In this document: in pieces, positions 17,944 to 27,167 of the stretch | Layout of the letters: each line of letters opens with the position of its first letter | How positions within the stretch are numbered: position 1 is the first letter of the stretch | IMG/VR virus record: IMGVR_UViG_2703718774_000026 | DNA length: 37,928 nucleotides | From: a virus | Lineage: Duplodnaviria; Heunggongvirae; Uroviricota; Caudoviricetes | Strand: one strand, 5' to 3' | Notes under the pieces: generated by a model | The model's database searches: none | What the model was told of the DNA's origin: nothing | Seen by the model: only the letters and a program-made list of their open reading frames with translations | Position numbers and translations under genes: made by a program

Positions 17944-18085
17944 CCAACCCACATGGGGAAACCTCGGAATATGGGGCGACCGCCTTCTGGATGCACTGGA
18001 AACCTGTAACGCGGATAAACGGGCCATTGCTGAACTGGATAAGAGAATAGCCGAACTGACACACCAGACGGGAGTAACACAATGA
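17804..18085 (+). CDS. Rz1-like outer-membrane lipoprotein spanin (P2 LysC position), about 93 aa
   Basis: Lipobox LLTGC after a short signal sequence, Pro-rich body; embedded out of frame in the 3' part of the Rz-like gene. Confidence 0.6.
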   Translation: MNAPTLCLTLVLLTGCAGTQNAPRPAPSVRLIPQTLTMPVTPPPFPDQPTWGNLGIWGDRLLDALETCNADKRAIAELDKRIAELTHQTGVTQ

Positions 18086-19714
18086 CCAGTAAGAACTTTG
18101 CACTGATTACAGCCATGACACAGGCTGAACTGACTCAAAAGGTGAATGAACATCTTGCGAAAGGGTGGCATCTTCAGGGGGAGACGCGGGTTGCCTACGA
18201 ACCCGGCACCCCGTGGTATCTAATGCAGGCAATGGTGGCCGATGGCACTACAGACATCTCACCTGATTCCCCCCAGCACGGCAGCGTGCCGGAGTGGTAT
18301 TACGTGGTGGTACTTGCTGGTCAATCCAATGCCATGTCATATGGTGAGGGAATGCCGCTGCCGGATTCTTACGATGCGCCCCACCCACGCATTAAGCAAC
18401 TGGCCCGTCGCAACACAGTGACTCCCGGTGGTAAAGCATGCGCATTTAACGACATCATTCCGGCAGATCACTGCCTGCATGATGTTCAGGATATGAGCGT
18501 ACTGAATCACCCGAATGCAGACCTGAGCAAAGGGCAGTATGGCTGTGTCGGACAGGGCTTGCATATTGCCAAACGCCTGTTGCCTTACATTCCACAGAAT
18601 GCCGGGATTTTACTGGTTCCATGCTGTCGTGGTGGTTCGGCATTCACCCAGGGCGCGGAGGGGACATTCAGCGAGTCCACAGGAGCCAGTCAGGATTCGG
18701 CTCGCTGGGGTGTGGGTAAACCTTTATATCAGGACCTGATTTTGCGCACGAAGGCCGCATTGCAGAAAAACCCAAAAAACATGCTGCTGGCCGTATGCTG
18801 GATGCAGGGCGAATTTGACATGAGCGCCGCTACGTACTCACAGCAACCTCCGCTGTTTGCGGCCATGCTGAAACAGTTTCGTGCGGACATTACCGAGTTT
18901 AACACGCAGTGTCATGGAGGCAGAGCGGCAAGTGTGCCATGGATTTGTGGTGACACGACGTATTACTGGAAAAACACCTACGGCACGCAGTACGACACCA
19001 TTTACGGGGCGTACAAAAACAGGGAGAGCGACAACGTTTTCTTTGTGCCATTCCTGACCGATGGTAGTGGCAACAATACCTCCACCAACGCACCAACGGA
19101 AGATCCGGATGCTGCAAGTGAGGGATATTACGGTTCGGCATCCCGAACGAACAAAAACTGGGTATCATCAAATCGCCAGACGCATTTCAGTTCATGGGCG
19201 CGCAGGAGCATTATTCCGGATCGTATGGCAACCGCTATTCTGAACGTAGCCGGTCGCACCTTAGCCTTCATCAGTGGTAAGGCACCGGANNNNNNNNNNN
19301 NNAGGCGCACTGACCAACAATCAGTTCGGTCTGGGAATTTATCTGTATACCGATGTAGCGTTACCTGACGTCGTGGCGATGACCGGGACTGGTAACCCGT
19401 TCCTGATGTCGTTCTTCACCCAGACCACAGACGGCAAACTGAATCTGATGCATCACAAGAAAGCAGGAAACACAAAGTTGGGCGAGTTCGGGAATTACAG
19501 TAACGACTGGCAGACGCTGGAGCTGGTGTTCACCGCCAGCAGTGCCACGGTTACTCCGAAACTGAATGGAGTGGCTGGCCCGGCATTCCAGGTCATAAAA
19601 GACAGTCTGACACTGGGGCTGAATGCACTGACGCTGACGGATATTACCAAAAATGCAACGTATGGCGTTGAGATAGAAAGTCTGGTGCTGGAAATAAATA
19701 GTCCTGCAGCGTAA
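18082..19714 (+). CDS. DUF1737-SASA-type SGNH O-acetylesterase (NanS-p-like), interrupted by an N-run
   Basis: Catalytic-type block VVVLAGQSNAMSYG (GQSN) after a short N-terminal domain; the ORF appears to continue across the 13-N gap, whose frame shift matches 13 mod 3 = 1; start overlaps the LysC stop. Confidence 0.6.
19290..19302. other. Run of 13 N (assembly gap or masked bases)
   Basis: Literal n characters in the sequence; true length unknown. Confidence 1.
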
Positions 19715-19737
19715 GGATGAACAGGAGAGCAAAACAG

Positions 19738-20205
19738 ATGCTTAAGACAAACAGCCTCCGGAAGGGCATGATTCATGGGTGTCGCTGGTGTCAGGCCAAC
19801 CCGGAAAAATTCACCATTTTCGTGGAGAGCGGCAACATTGAAACGACCGGAGAAACGCCCTCGTTTGTTTACCGCTATCAGATGGTGATGTTTGTCATGG
19901 ATTACGCCGGGGAGCTGGACGACCTCACGCTGCCGCTACTGGCGTGGTTATCCGAAAATCAGCCGCAATTGTTGCTTAATCCGGAGCGTAATCAGGACAT
20001 CAAATTCTCCGCCGTTATCAATGACGATGACAGCGCCGATCTCCTGTTTACGCTCCCTCTGCGGGAACGCGTTCGCATCACGCGCAGCAGTCAGGGGGCA
20101 CCGCAGGCAGAACACCTGCAGGAGCCAAAACCCCGTCTGCCATCTTCCGAAGGCGACTGGTCGCATGTATTCCAGGATGTGACGTGGGGTGAAAGCGATG
20201 GATAA
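19738..20205 (+). CDS. R: Tail completion protein R (P2 gpR-like), about 155 aa
   Basis: MLKTNSLRKG...IFVESGNIET...LPLLAWLSENQP parallels P2 R as recalled from memory; internal ATG at 19738 preferred over 19717. Confidence 0.8.
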   Translation: MLKTNSLRKGMIHGCRWCQANPEKFTIFVESGNIETTGETPSFVYRYQMVMFVMDYAGELDDLTLPLLAWLSENQPQLLLNPERNQDIKFSAVINDDDSADLLFTLPLRERVRITRSSQGAPQAEHLQEPKPRLPSSEGDWSHVFQDVTWGESDG

Positions 20206-20833
20206 GGCATTCACCCGCGTGGATGAAACCTTTGAGGCTATCCGCGACAGCCTGAATCAGCAGGCCATCAATAACATCGCCAGAAAGCTGGCACAGGATT
20301 TACGCCGCGCCCAGCAGGCGCGTATCCGGTCACAGAAAGCGCCGGACGGGACCGCGTGGACACCACGCAGACGCCGCGTAACCCGGATACAGGAGCGCAT
20401 TCGCTTTATCTGGAATAACGAAGCACGCACGCTGAAAAACTGGCATCACGACACGGGGAAATACGGGCGAACCATTACCGGGTGGGATGAGGATAAAAAC
20501 AATATCCGCACGTTTTACCGGGATGACATCGACCGCTTTCTGGAAATACGCACCCGGCGCATCAACCAGGACAGCACAAAGCGCGTCCCCATGTTCGTAA
20601 AACTGCGCACCGCCCGCTACCTGAAAGCCCGTGCAGATGCTTCCGGTGTGACGGTGGGTTACAGCGGCGTGGCCGCACGTATTGCCCGCGTTCATCAGTT
20701 CGGTGAGCGCGATCAGGTTGCGCCGGGCATTTTCACCGATTACCCGGTACGTGAGCTGTTGGGCATCAGTCAGGCAGATGAACGCCTGATTTATAACACG
20801 GTGCTGGGCCGGATTGCGGAGGCTGTACGGTGA
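20198..20833 (+). CDS. S: Tail completion / virion morphogenesis protein S-like, 211 aa
   Basis: Position between R and V; start overlaps the R stop. Confidence 0.7.
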   Translation: MDKAFTRVDETFEAIRDSLNQQAINNIARKLAQDLRRAQQARIRSQKAPDGTAWTPRRRRVTRIQERIRFIWNNEARTLKNWHHDTGKYGRTITGWDEDKNNIRTFYRDDIDRFLEIRTRRINQDSTKRVPMFVKLRTARYLKARADASGVTVGYSGVAARIARVHQFGERDQVAPGIFTDYPVRELLGISQADERLIYNTVLGRIAEAVR

Positions 20834-21411
20834 GCGCAGAACTCATGCGACTGCTGAGCAACATCATCCGCACTGGGATCATCTCTGAAGTTGATGAGAA
20901 GTCCTGGTGCGTGCGCGTTCGCAGCGGCGAACTGGAAACAGGCTGGTTGCGCTGGAACACCACGCGCGCGGGAGCCTTCAATGTGTGGCTGCCGCCATCA
21001 CCCGGCGAACAGGTGGTAATTGCCTGCATTGGCGGCAACCCGGAAACCGCCATGATAATTGGCAGCCTGTGGAGTGATGCCAATCCGGCCCCCGGCAAAA
21101 GCCTGAAAGAAATCGTGGTCAGCGCGCCGGATGGCGCGGTGTTCCGCTACGACGCGGACGCAGGCGCACTGAGCGCCAGCGGCATGAAAACGGCCACCCT
21201 GCAGGCATCCGTCAGTGTGACACTGGACACGCCCGTCGTGGAATGCACAGACCTTCTGAGAACGGCGACGCTTGACGTCACAAAAGGGGGAAAGATGAGC
21301 GGCAATATCACGCACAGCGGCGGCAATTTCACCTCAAACGGCATCACAGTGCATACGCATAAACACGGTGGCGTTAAAGGTGGCAGCGATTCGACAGGAG
21401 GCCCGCAGTGA
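20830..21411 (+). CDS. V: Baseplate spike/assembly protein V (P2 gpV-like), 193 aa
   Basis: IRTGIISEVD...PSPGEQVVIACIGGNPETA...VTLDTPVVECTD...TKGGKMSGNITHSGG...GITVHTHKHGG aligns with P2 V as recalled from memory; GTG start. Confidence 0.85.
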   Translation: MSAELMRLLSNIIRTGIISEVDEKSWCVRVRSGELETGWLRWNTTRAGAFNVWLPPSPGEQVVIACIGGNPETAMIIGSLWSDANPAPGKSLKEIVVSAPDGAVFRYDADAGALSASGMKTATLQASVSVTLDTPVVECTDLLRTATLDVTKGGKMSGNITHSGGNFTSNGITVHTHKHGGVKGGSDSTGGPQ

Positions 21412-21758
21412 CAACCCGCTACACAGGAATGAACCCGGACGGAACGGGAAACCTGAACGATATGGAGCATCTGAAACAGTCAGTCAGGGACATCCTGACC
21501 ACCCCGCTGGCAAGCCGGGTTATGCGACGGGAATATGGCAGCCTTGTGCCCGATTTAATTGACGAACCCATGAATAACACCACTCGTCTGCAATGCATGA
21601 GTGCTGCCGTGATTGCGCTGACACGATGGGAACCCCGCATTGCCCTGGACGCCATCGACGTTGTCTGGAAGGCAGGAGGCCGCGCCGGGGTGACGCTGTC
21701 GGGCACTGTCATGCAGACCATGCAGAATGTTGAATTAACCATCACGCTGAGGGAGTAA
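21408..21758 (+). CDS. W: Baseplate protein W (P2 gpW-like), 116 aa
   Basis: TTRYTGMNPDG...RVMRREYGSL matches P2 W (MTARYLGMN...RVMRRDYGSL, recalled from memory); GTG start overlaps the V stop. Confidence 0.85.
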   Translation: MTTRYTGMNPDGTGNLNDMEHLKQSVRDILTTPLASRVMRREYGSLVPDLIDEPMNNTTRLQCMSAAVIALTRWEPRIALDAIDVVWKAGGRAGVTLSGTVMQTMQNVELTITLRE

Positions 21759-21761
21759 ATC

Positions 21762-22658
21762 ATGCCTGCCGTTGACCTTTCCCAGTTACCGGAACCCGCC
21801 ATCATCGCGGAGCCTGACTTTGAGGCAATTCTGGCTGACACAAAGGCCATGATGATTGCGTCCTATCCTGCCGAACAGCGTGAAGCCGTCTCCGCCGCGC
21901 TGGAGCTGGAATCGGAACCCCTGAACGTTATCGCCCAGACAACAGCGTTTCGTGAAATGCTGTTACGCCAGCGGGTCAATGAGGGGGCACGCGCCTGCAT
22001 GTTAAGCCACAGCGCCGGGACAGACCTGGACAACCTCGCGGGCAATATGAACACAAAGCGCCTGACCATCACTCCGGCAACGGATACCACCGACGCAGTG
22101 ATGGAAAGTGACACCTCGCTGAGACTGCGGGCGCAGCGGGCGTACGATGGCCTGAGTGTTGCTGGCCCGTCAGGTGCATACGAGTATTTTGCCCGCAGCG
22201 CCAGCGGTCTGGTGCGTGATGCGCGGGCTATCAGTCCGTCTCCGGCAAATGTGACGGTTTCCATCCTGTCCACTGAAGGCGACGGCACAGCAACGGAGGC
22301 GTTGCTTAATACCGTTCGCGCCGTTCTGAATGCAGAGGATACCCGCCCGGTGGCCGACCGCCTGACGGTACAGAGCGCCAGAATCGTGACATGGCGGCTG
22401 AATGCAAAACTGTACTTTTACCCCGGCCCGGAATCCGAACCTATTCTGGCGGCGGCTGAATCGTCGTTCAGGAAGTGGCTGGCTGAGCAGGGGCTTATCG
22501 GTCAGGACGTGGCGTTGTCCGCCATTGCTGCCGCACTGCATGTGCACGGTGTGCAACGCGTGGAGATAATCGAACCCACACAGAATATGGCCATCAGCGA
22601 CATACAGGCGGCGCGCTGTGAGTCGTTCACCATCAGCGAAGGTGGGCGCAATGAGTAA
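21762..22658 (+). CDS. J: Baseplate assembly protein J (P2 gpJ-like), 298 aa
   Basis: Size and order as in P2. Confidence 0.85.
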   Translation: MPAVDLSQLPEPAIIAEPDFEAILADTKAMMIASYPAEQREAVSAALELESEPLNVIAQTTAFREMLLRQRVNEGARACMLSHSAGTDLDNLAGNMNTKRLTITPATDTTDAVMESDTSLRLRAQRAYDGLSVAGPSGAYEYFARSASGLVRDARAISPSPANVTVSILSTEGDGTATEALLNTVRAVLNAEDTRPVADRLTVQSARIVTWRLNAKLYFYPGPESEPILAAAESSFRKWLAEQGLIGQDVALSAIAAALHVHGVQRVEIIEPTQNMAISDIQAARCESFTISEGGRNE

Positions 22659-23181
22659 TTCACTGTTACCACCATCAGCCAGCAGTTTCATGCGTTGTGC
22701 CGAAGCTGTCGGAACGCGCATTACAGACATCCCGGTAGACCTCAACACGCTGTGGTCGCCGGACACCTGCCCGGTGCACCTGCTGCCTTATCTCGCCTGG
22801 GCATTTTCCGTTGACCGCTGGGATCGCAACTGGCCGGAAGAGACAAAACGACAGGTGATTCGTGATGCATGGCTGATACACCGACACAAAGGGACCATCA
22901 GCGCACTGCGCAGGGCCATTGAGCCGCTGGGATACCTCATTCGCGTGTCTGAGTGGTGGGAGTTCGGCGGAGAACCGGGAACATTTACCGTTGAAGTCGG
23001 CACACTGGACAGTGGCGTGACGGAGGAAATGTATCTGGAAATGGAGCGGTTGATTGCTGATGCCCGTCCGGTCAGCCGCCACATGACAGGGCTGAATATC
23101 ATTCAGGAAATTCCGGGGGATATTTTTGCAGCGGCGGCAACTCATGACGGTGAAGTTATTACCATTTATCCGGACGATTAA
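22651..23181 (+). CDS. I: Baseplate/tail protein I (P2 gpI-like), 176 aa
   Basis: Internal ATG at 22651 overlaps the J stop; size matches P2 I. Confidence 0.8.
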   Translation: MSNSLLPPSASSFMRCAEAVGTRITDIPVDLNTLWSPDTCPVHLLPYLAWAFSVDRWDRNWPEETKRQVIRDAWLIHRHKGTISALRRAIEPLGYLIRVSEWWEFGGEPGTFTVEVGTLDSGVTEEMYLEMERLIADARPVSRHMTGLNIIQEIPGDIFAAAATHDGEVITIYPDD

Positions 23182-23183
23182 GC

Positions 23184-25316
23184 ATGAGTACCACAACACG
23201 AAAATTTAAAACCGTTATCACCGATACAGGTGCCAAAAAATTAGCTCAGGCAGCCGCGCCAGATGGTAAGCCTGTCCGCCTGACTCATATGGCCGTGGGC
23301 GACGGTGGCGGCGCGTTGCCCACACCAGACAGTAAGCAGACCCGTCTGGTGCATGAGGTGTGGCGACACACTGTTAATCGCGTCATCCTGGACGCAACAC
23401 ATCAGAACCGCATTATTGCGGAGCTGGTTATTCCTCCAGAAACGGGCGGATTCTGGATCCGGGAAATTGGTGTGTTTGATGAGCACGGCGATTTAATCGC
23501 GGTGGGCAATACTGCCGAAAGTTACAAGCCAGCCGTTGCCGAAGGGTCCGGACGTGCACAAACATTTCGCACCATTCTGACCGTATCCAGCACTGCCACT
23601 GTGGCGCTTACCGTGGATAACACCATGGTGATGGCCACAGTGGATTACGTGGATAACGAACTGAAAGAGCATGAACAGTCACGATGTCACCCGGATGCCT
23701 CGCTGACCGCAAAAGGCTTTGTTCAACTCAGTAGCGCCACTAACAGCGATTCTGAAACGCTGGCTGCAACGCCGAAAGCGGTTAAGGTCGCGTATGATCT
23801 TGCTAACGGAAAATATACAGCGCAGGATGCCACAACAGCGCGAAAAGGCCTTGTCCAGCTTAGTAGTGCAACCAACAGTACATCTGAAACGCTGGCGGCA
23901 ACATCAAATGCAGTAAAAGCTGCCTATGACAATGCTGAAAAACGTCTGCAGAAAGCTAAGAATGGTGAGGATATCTCTGATAAAGACACCTTTACGAAAA
24001 ATATCGGTGCCTGCCGTGCATATAGTGCAGAGCTGAATATTGGTGGAGATAGTGAAGCATGGACAACTGCGCAGTTGATTTTTTGGCTAGAGAGTCAGGG
24101 GGCATTTAACCATCCTTACTGGATGTGCAAAGGCTCATGGGCTTATGCAAATAATAAGGTCATTACAGATACAGGTTGCGGAAGTATTTGTCTTGCAGGT
24201 GCTGTTGTGGAAGTTATTGGCACCCGCGGCGCAATGACCATACGCATTACCACACCGAGTACATCCAGCGGTGAAGGCATCCCTAATGCTCAATTTACTT
24301 ATATTAATCATGGTGATGCTTATGCTCCTGGCTGGCGAAGGGACTATAACTCCAGGAATAAGCCAACAGCATCAGAGATCGGGGCGTTACCGTCAGATGG
24401 GACAGCAGTATCGTCAGTTAATCTGGCTTCAAAAGGTCGGCTGACCGCCCTGACAGATAATATGCAGGGGGCCACAGGTCTGGAGTTATACGAGGCGTAT
24501 AACAACGGATATCCAACAACGTATGGAAATATCATTCACCTGAAAGGGATGACAGCCGTTGGCGAAGGCGAATTACTCATCGGCTGGAGTGGTATAAGCG
24601 GTGCTCATGCTCCGGCATTTATTCGTTCACGACGGGATACGCCCGACGCAAACTGGTCGCCGTGGGCGCAGCTTTACACCTCGGCTCATCCTCCTGAAGA
24701 GTTTTATCCAGTCGGTGCACCGATTCCGTGGCCATCAGATACCGTTCCGTCTGGTTATGCCCTGATGCAGGGGCAGACTTTTGACAAATCTGCATACCCG
24801 AAACTTGCAGTCGCTTATCCGTCAGGCGTTATTCCTGATATGCGTGGCTGGACGATTAAGGGCAAGCCCGGCAGTGGTCGTGCCGTATTGTCTCAGGAAC
24901 AGGACGGCATTAAATCGCACACCCACAGCGCCAGCGCATCCAGTACGGATTTGGGGACGAAAACCACATCGTCGTTTGATTACGGTACTAAAACGACCAG
25001 TTCATTTGATTACGGCACAAAAACTACGAATAGCGCTGGAAATCATTCACACAATATACCTGTTGGTCACACTGGCGCGGGGAATGGTGTATCAGCCGGT
25101 TATAACGCTGCGTTAGGTACTGGTACCACGTCGAGCGCAGGCGAGCATGCTCACAATGTATATATCGGTGCCCATAACCACACTATCGGCATTGGTGCTC
25201 ATGCCCATTCTGTCATTATTGGTCCCCACGGACACACCATCACCGTTAACGCTACGGGTAACGAAGAAAACACCGTAAAAAACATCGCATTTAACTATAT
25301 TGTGAGGCTTGCATAA
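23184..25316 (+). CDS. H: Tail fibre protein H, 710 aa, with P2-like N-terminus and divergent C-terminal tip
   Basis: N-terminal 230 aa closely parallel P2 H, including a tandem repeat ([33 protein letters not shown] and [33 protein letters not shown]); the C-terminus has a collar-like block, three [10 protein letters not shown] repeats and a His-rich HxH region. Confidence 0.9.
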   Translation: MSTTTRKFKTVITDTGAKKLAQAAAPDGKPVRLTHMAVGDGGGALPTPDSKQTRLVHEVWRHTVNRVILDATHQNRIIAELVIPPETGGFWIREIGVFDEHGDLIAVGNTAESYKPAVAEGSGRAQTFRTILTVSSTATVALTVDNTMVMATVDYVDNELKEHEQSRCHPDASLTAKGFVQLSSATNSDSETLAATPKAVKVAYDLANGKYTAQDATTARKGLVQLSSATNSTSETLAATSNAVKAAYDNAEKRLQKAKNGEDISDKDTFTKNIGACRAYSAELNIGGDSEAWTTAQLIFWLESQGAFNHPYWMCKGSWAYANNKVITDTGCGSICLAGAVVEVIGTRGAMTIRITTPSTSSGEGIPNAQFTYINHGDAYAPGWRRDYNSRNKPTASEIGALPSDGTAVSSVNLASKGRLTALTDNMQGATGLELYEAYNNGYPTTYGNIIHLKGMTAVGEGELLIGWSGISGAHAPAFIRSRRDTPDANWSPWAQLYTSAHPPEEFYPVGAPIPWPSDTVPSGYALMQGQTFDKSAYPKLAVAYPSGVIPDMRGWTIKGKPGSGRAVLSQEQDGIKSHTHSASASSTDLGTKTTSSFDYGTKTTSSFDYGTKTTNSAGNHSHNIPVGHTGAGNGVSAGYNAALGTGTTSSAGEHAHNVYIGAHNHTIGIGAHAHSVIIGPHGHTITVNATGNEENTVKNIAFNYIVRLA

Positions 25317-25894
25317 TGACATTCAGAATGAGTGAACACTCACGGACCATAAAAATTTATAATCTACTGACCGGAACCAATGAGTTTATTGGTGAAGGTG
25401 ATGCATACATTCCACCTCATACAGGTCTGCCTGCAAACAGTACCGATATTGCCCCGCCAGATATTCCGGCTGGCTTCGTGGCCGTTTTCAACAGTGATGA
25501 GGCATCGTGGCATCTCGTTGAAGACCATCGGGGTAAAACGGTTTATGACGTGGCATCAGGGGACTCGTTATTTATTTCTGAACTCGGTCCATTACCGGAA
25601 AATGTTACCTGGTTGTCGCCGTATGGAGAGTATCAGAAGTGGAACGGCACATCCTGGGTGAAAGATGCAGAAGCAGAAAAACTGTTTCGGATAAGGGAGG
25701 CGGAAGAAACAAAAAACAGCCTGATGCAGGTAGCCAGCGAGCATATTGCGCCACTTCAGGATGCCGTAGATTTGGATATTGCAACGGAGGAAGAGGCATC
25801 GTTACTGGCTGCATGGAAGACATACCGGGTATTGTTGAATCGTGTTAATACAGCGGTAGCAGCGGATGTTGAGTGGCCAGTCGCCCCACAATAA
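25316..25894 (+). CDS. G: Tail fibre assembly chaperone (P2 gpG / Tfa-like), 192 aa
   Basis: Start overlaps the H stop; size and position fit a Tfa-family protein. Confidence 0.8.
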   Translation: MTFRMSEHSRTIKIYNLLTGTNEFIGEGDAYIPPHTGLPANSTDIAPPDIPAGFVAVFNSDEASWHLVEDHRGKTVYDVASGDSLFISELGPLPENVTWLSPYGEYQKWNGTSWVKDAEAEKLFRIREAEETKNSLMQVASEHIAPLQDAVDLDIATEEEASLLAAWKTYRVLLNRVNTAVAADVEWPVAPQ

Positions 25895-25900
25895 AGAGAA

Positions 25901-25930
25901 AAAGCCATCGATTGAAATATAGATGGCTTT
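25901..25930. terminator. Hairpin between convergent G and the acetyltransferase gene
   Basis: AAAGCCATC (25901-25909) pairs with GATGGCTTT (25922-25930) around a 12-nt A/T-rich loop. Confidence 0.45.
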
Positions 25931-25937
25931 ATGTACT

Positions 25938-26510
25938 CTATTTATACAATACAACACCGCTCTTTTTAGTTATATATGTGCAGTTCGATGGTATATCTTT
26001 ATTTATAAAAGACATTGCACCTATTTTTACATTATCCCCAATTTTACGTGATAATCCAATGATGCAACAATTAGCTCCGATATCAACGTTACTACCAATT
26101 TTTACTCTTGAACCAGGCATGTCACCATCTATCTGTCCAATGGTAGTATTCTGTCGTAACACCAGATTTTCACCAGCATCAACAGCAAAATGAACAACAA
26201 TTCCAGCATGATGGGGAATTGTTAACCCTTTTCCAATATTTGCGCCCAATCCAATTTCACAACCAAATTTGTTAATTATTTTACTGTTTAACTTTTTGGC
26301 TGCTTTCTTATGTAATTTATTACCATTAATATACATTTCGTTAGCCAACCGCCACCAGAAAAGGAAATTCCGGTTACGCTGTTTTTTCTCTCTTAAAAGC
26401 CTCCAGATATCCATACGTTTCCGCCGAATTACTTCATATTTCCAGAAGTTTTTTAAATTAGTAGAGTCCCCAAATAAAACAAAGTGAATTGCCATTAAGT
26501 AAGACAGCAC
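25938..26510 (-). CDS. Hexapeptide-repeat (left-handed beta-helix) acetyltransferase, about 190 aa
   Basis: Imperfect hexad repeats GCEIGLGANIGKGLTIPHHAGIVV...GQIDGDMPGSRVKIGSNVDIGANCCIIGLSRKIGDNVKIGA; GTG start after AAGGAG preferred over the ATG at 26543; very AT-rich; sits at the P2 Z/fun cargo position. Confidence 0.75.
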   Translation of the reverse strand: MLSYLMAIHFVLFGDSTNLKNFWKYEVIRRKRMDIWRLLREKKQRNRNFLFWWRLANEMYINGNKLHKKAAKKLNSKIINKFGCEIGLGANIGKGLTIPHHAGIVVHFAVDAGENLVLRQNTTIGQIDGDMPGSRVKIGSNVDIGANCCIIGLSRKIGDNVKIGAMSFINKDIPSNCTYITKKSGVVLYK

Positions 26511-26666
26511 GATAATCTCCTTAATTATTATTTCAGACCACACATATTATAAGGTTAAGAGATTATAAAATCCTGTTGTTTGTTATTCAAAAACAATTTT
26601 CTGAGAAGGACATACAACAGCAAGTCGCCAGTCACCTTCATCAGGAAATTGGCGACATACGTTAAA

Positions 26667-27161
26667 TCAGAGCAGCCCCTTAACTGAGCTGGTCGCGCTA
26701 TTAAGGGATGATGTCACCTTATCTTTGAAGCCGGACAACATATCGCTGAACGATGAGGATTGCAGGCGCTCCCGCAAATCCTCATCACAGCGTTCAAGAG
26801 TCAGTGAAAATTCTATCTTTTTCGACTTACCGTAGCGATCAAACTCGGAGCGGGTCGTATTCGTTTCGGTCAGGACATACATGCCGTAAATCTGCCCGAC
26901 GCCATCAATCAGAGGCCAGGGCCGTCCTGTATACGCCTGCGTGGTCAGCAGAGACAGCGACACTTCGCCACCTGTAATTTCAGGATAAAGCACACCAGAA
27001 AGAACGATGCGATCATCACCTGCACCGATATACTGCCAGCTTGCTGAACGGTTAACGCGTTCATTTTTCACATGCCGCCAGCTTTTATTTTGCTGTAACT
27101 GCTGATGCGGCAGCGTGCGCAGCTCAAAAACAAACATGCCATAGATCATCATCATGGCCAT
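26667..27161 (-). CDS. U: Tail protein U (P2 gpU-like), 164 aa
   Basis: MIYGMFVFEL.TLPHQ...VLSGVLYPEITGG...GRPWPLIDG.G.IYGMYV matches P2 U blocks as recalled from memory. Confidence 0.85.
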   Translation of the reverse strand: MAMMMIYGMFVFELRTLPHQQLQQNKSWRHVKNERVNRSASWQYIGAGDDRIVLSGVLYPEITGGEVSLSLLTTQAYTGRPWPLIDGVGQIYGMYVLTETNTTRSEFDRYGKSKKIEFSLTLERCDEDLRERLQSSSFSDMLSGFKDKVTSSLNSATSSVKGLL

Positions 27162-27167
27162 GACTCC

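Noticed and set aside
21863-22766. Minus-strand ORFs of 141 and 198 aa
   Set aside because: Antisense to J and I baseplate genes.
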